Below are positions 62,552 through 64,000 of a stretch of 64,000 nt of DNA, one piece after another (the first letter of the stretch is position 1; the number at the start of each line of letters is the position of its first letter). The translations under genes were made by a program, and so were the position numbers. The DNA lies in NCBI GenBank assembly GCA_963734495.1, contig CAVTHK010000013.1, positions 513,171-577,170 of the forward strand, given 5' to 3'. The notes beneath the pieces were generated by a model. It ran no database searches, had not been told where the DNA came from, and worked only from the letters and a program-made list of their open reading frames with translations. The DNA is from an uncultured Spirochaetota bacterium (GTDB taxonomy: Bacteria > Spirochaetota > Spirochaetia > SZUA-6 > CAVTHK01).

Positions 62552-63960
62552 TCATGCGAGTGAGCCCCCGATCTCGCCGATCAGGGCTGAGAGCACAGGT
62601 GTCGGCGGCCGCGTGACCGAGGCAGGGGTCGGCTCAAGCGCAATGGCCAGCGTCGCGACTCCCTGCGAGTCCGAGCTGAGAGCCACGGAGACCGGCGGGG
62701 ACGCCCCGGCCGCGAGCGCGTCCTGGACGATCTCGTTCACTATGAGCACGCAGTAGATGGCGGTGTCCAGGCCCAGGTCTGCCGCCTCGACGTCGACGCG
62801 CATGCTCGTGCTTCCGCTCGGCTTGCCGTTCGGGCTGAGCAGGCGGTCGCAAAGGACCTCCAGGTAGCGCGCAAGCCTGGTGGGCGTGAGGGTGCCCGCC
62901 TCCAGGATATCGGTGCGCCGCAGCAGCACGGCCTTGGTCTGCTCATGGGCGTCGCGCACGGCGCGCCGGACCAGGGCATGCCTCCAGTCGATGTGCCCGA
63001 GCTCGCGCAGATCACGTCCGAGGAAATCGCGCATCAGCCGCCGATAGGCTTCCAGCTCCCCTTCGACGAACCGGTTGGCATGCGGCCCTGGATGCTGTCC
63101 TTCCTGCTGTCCCGCCTGCTGCTGCAGTATCAGGAGCCGGATCAGCTCGGTCTGCACATACTCGTCCAGGCTTGTCGCCTGAACGCGGGGGGGCCTTTCA
63201 GCCTGCTCGGGTCCCTGCGGGCGCATGGTGATGACAAAGCCGAGGTCGTCGCCGCCCTCCCCCACAATGTGGGCTCCGCCGTGACATCCACAGGGAGCTC
63301 GTTGGCGCCGCTTCCCAGCAGGAGCCCCATCGCGGAATCGGCGCTGCGCTCCCAGGCGTCCCTCAGCACGGCCGCGGTGAGCCGCGGCGAACCGGAGCGT
63401 TCATGCAGGTCCACGACCTCCTCGAGCGGCAGGCCGACCGCGCCTCGGGTCACAGTGCCGAGGAGCTGTTCTGCGGAGGCATTGTCGAGGAACCGCACGG
63501 CACCGCCGGCGTCGCAGACGAGCATCGGAGGGCCTGCGTAGCGCAGGATCGACAGGTACCAATCCCTTTCGTTCCTGATATACGCGTCGGTGCGGAATTT
63601 GTGCAACGCGAGGTCGATCGCTATCTGCAGGGACTTCTCTTCCCACGGCTTGAGCACGTAGCCAAAAGGAGCCGTCTCCCTGGCACGCCGCACCGTCGCG
63701 TCGTCCGAGTGGGCAGTGAGGTAGACGACAGGTATCGACTGACTGCTCAAGATCTGTCGCGCGGCCTCTATCCCGTCCATTCTTCCCTTGAGCCTGATGT
63801 CCATCAGCACCAGGTCGGGCTTGATCTCCGCGGCGCGGGCGATCGCCTCGGCGCCCGTCCCGACCACGGTGGGAACCTTGTAGCCCATCTGGCGGAGGCA
63901 CTGCTCGAGCTCCAGCGCAACCACACCCTCGTCCTCGACGATCATCACGGACTCTGGCAT
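62552..63960 (-). CDS. Response regulator (REC)-PAS-degenerate HisKA_2/HATPase protein (frameshift near 63265)
   Basis: IVEDE...PDLVLMDIRL...DGIEAA...YLTA...GYVLKP, PAS-like middle, then LARYL..LC, LGLDTAIYCVLIVNEIV. Confidence 0.82.
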
Positions 63961-64000
63961 AGCCAAGCTCCTTTCAGGGTCCGGCGGCATCGCAGCCGAG

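Noticed and set aside
1-64000. Mass pseudogenisation or programmed frameshifting
   Set aside because: Indels hit essential valS and many nuo genes with otherwise perfect motifs and no consistent slippery sites; uncorrected long-read error is more likely.

Overview
High-GC bacterial chromosomal segment. The substrate-binding-protein N-termini (AEGGKES, FAGAQKET) suggest an uncultured Spirochaetota; this is an inference. Single-base indels are frequent and hit even valS and the nuo genes, so most frameshifts are probably read or assembly errors. Contents, in order: an ABC substrate-binding protein; three GH116 hydrolases with a LacI regulator; amrB; ftsK; a GNAT; a UroD-family gene; and an accessory block (14.7-27.1 kb) with two AfsR/SARP-like BTAD-NB-ARC-TPR regulators, two exported NTF2-like proteins, three paralogous PsbP-like membrane proteins, a degenerate SDR and a DUF222/HNH gene. 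After that come sugar catabolism and ABC genes (GH42, GH5-like), a decayed vapBC pair, a complete nuoA-N operon with fused CD, a nucleotidyltransferase plus an OLD-type ATPase, valS, araB-araD and a REC-PAS pseudo-kinase. Two signals stand out. (1) Five promoters share a phased operator, (A)ACG repeated at 11-12 bp and ending exactly 9 bp before a TAnnCT -10, which predicts a local regulon for the two STAND regulators. (2) The HNH gene lies in a ~1.58 kb insertion bounded by a perfect 21-bp direct repeat, with no terminal inverted repeats and no recombinase, and is driven by a leaderless promoter covered by an SOS-box-like palindrome.
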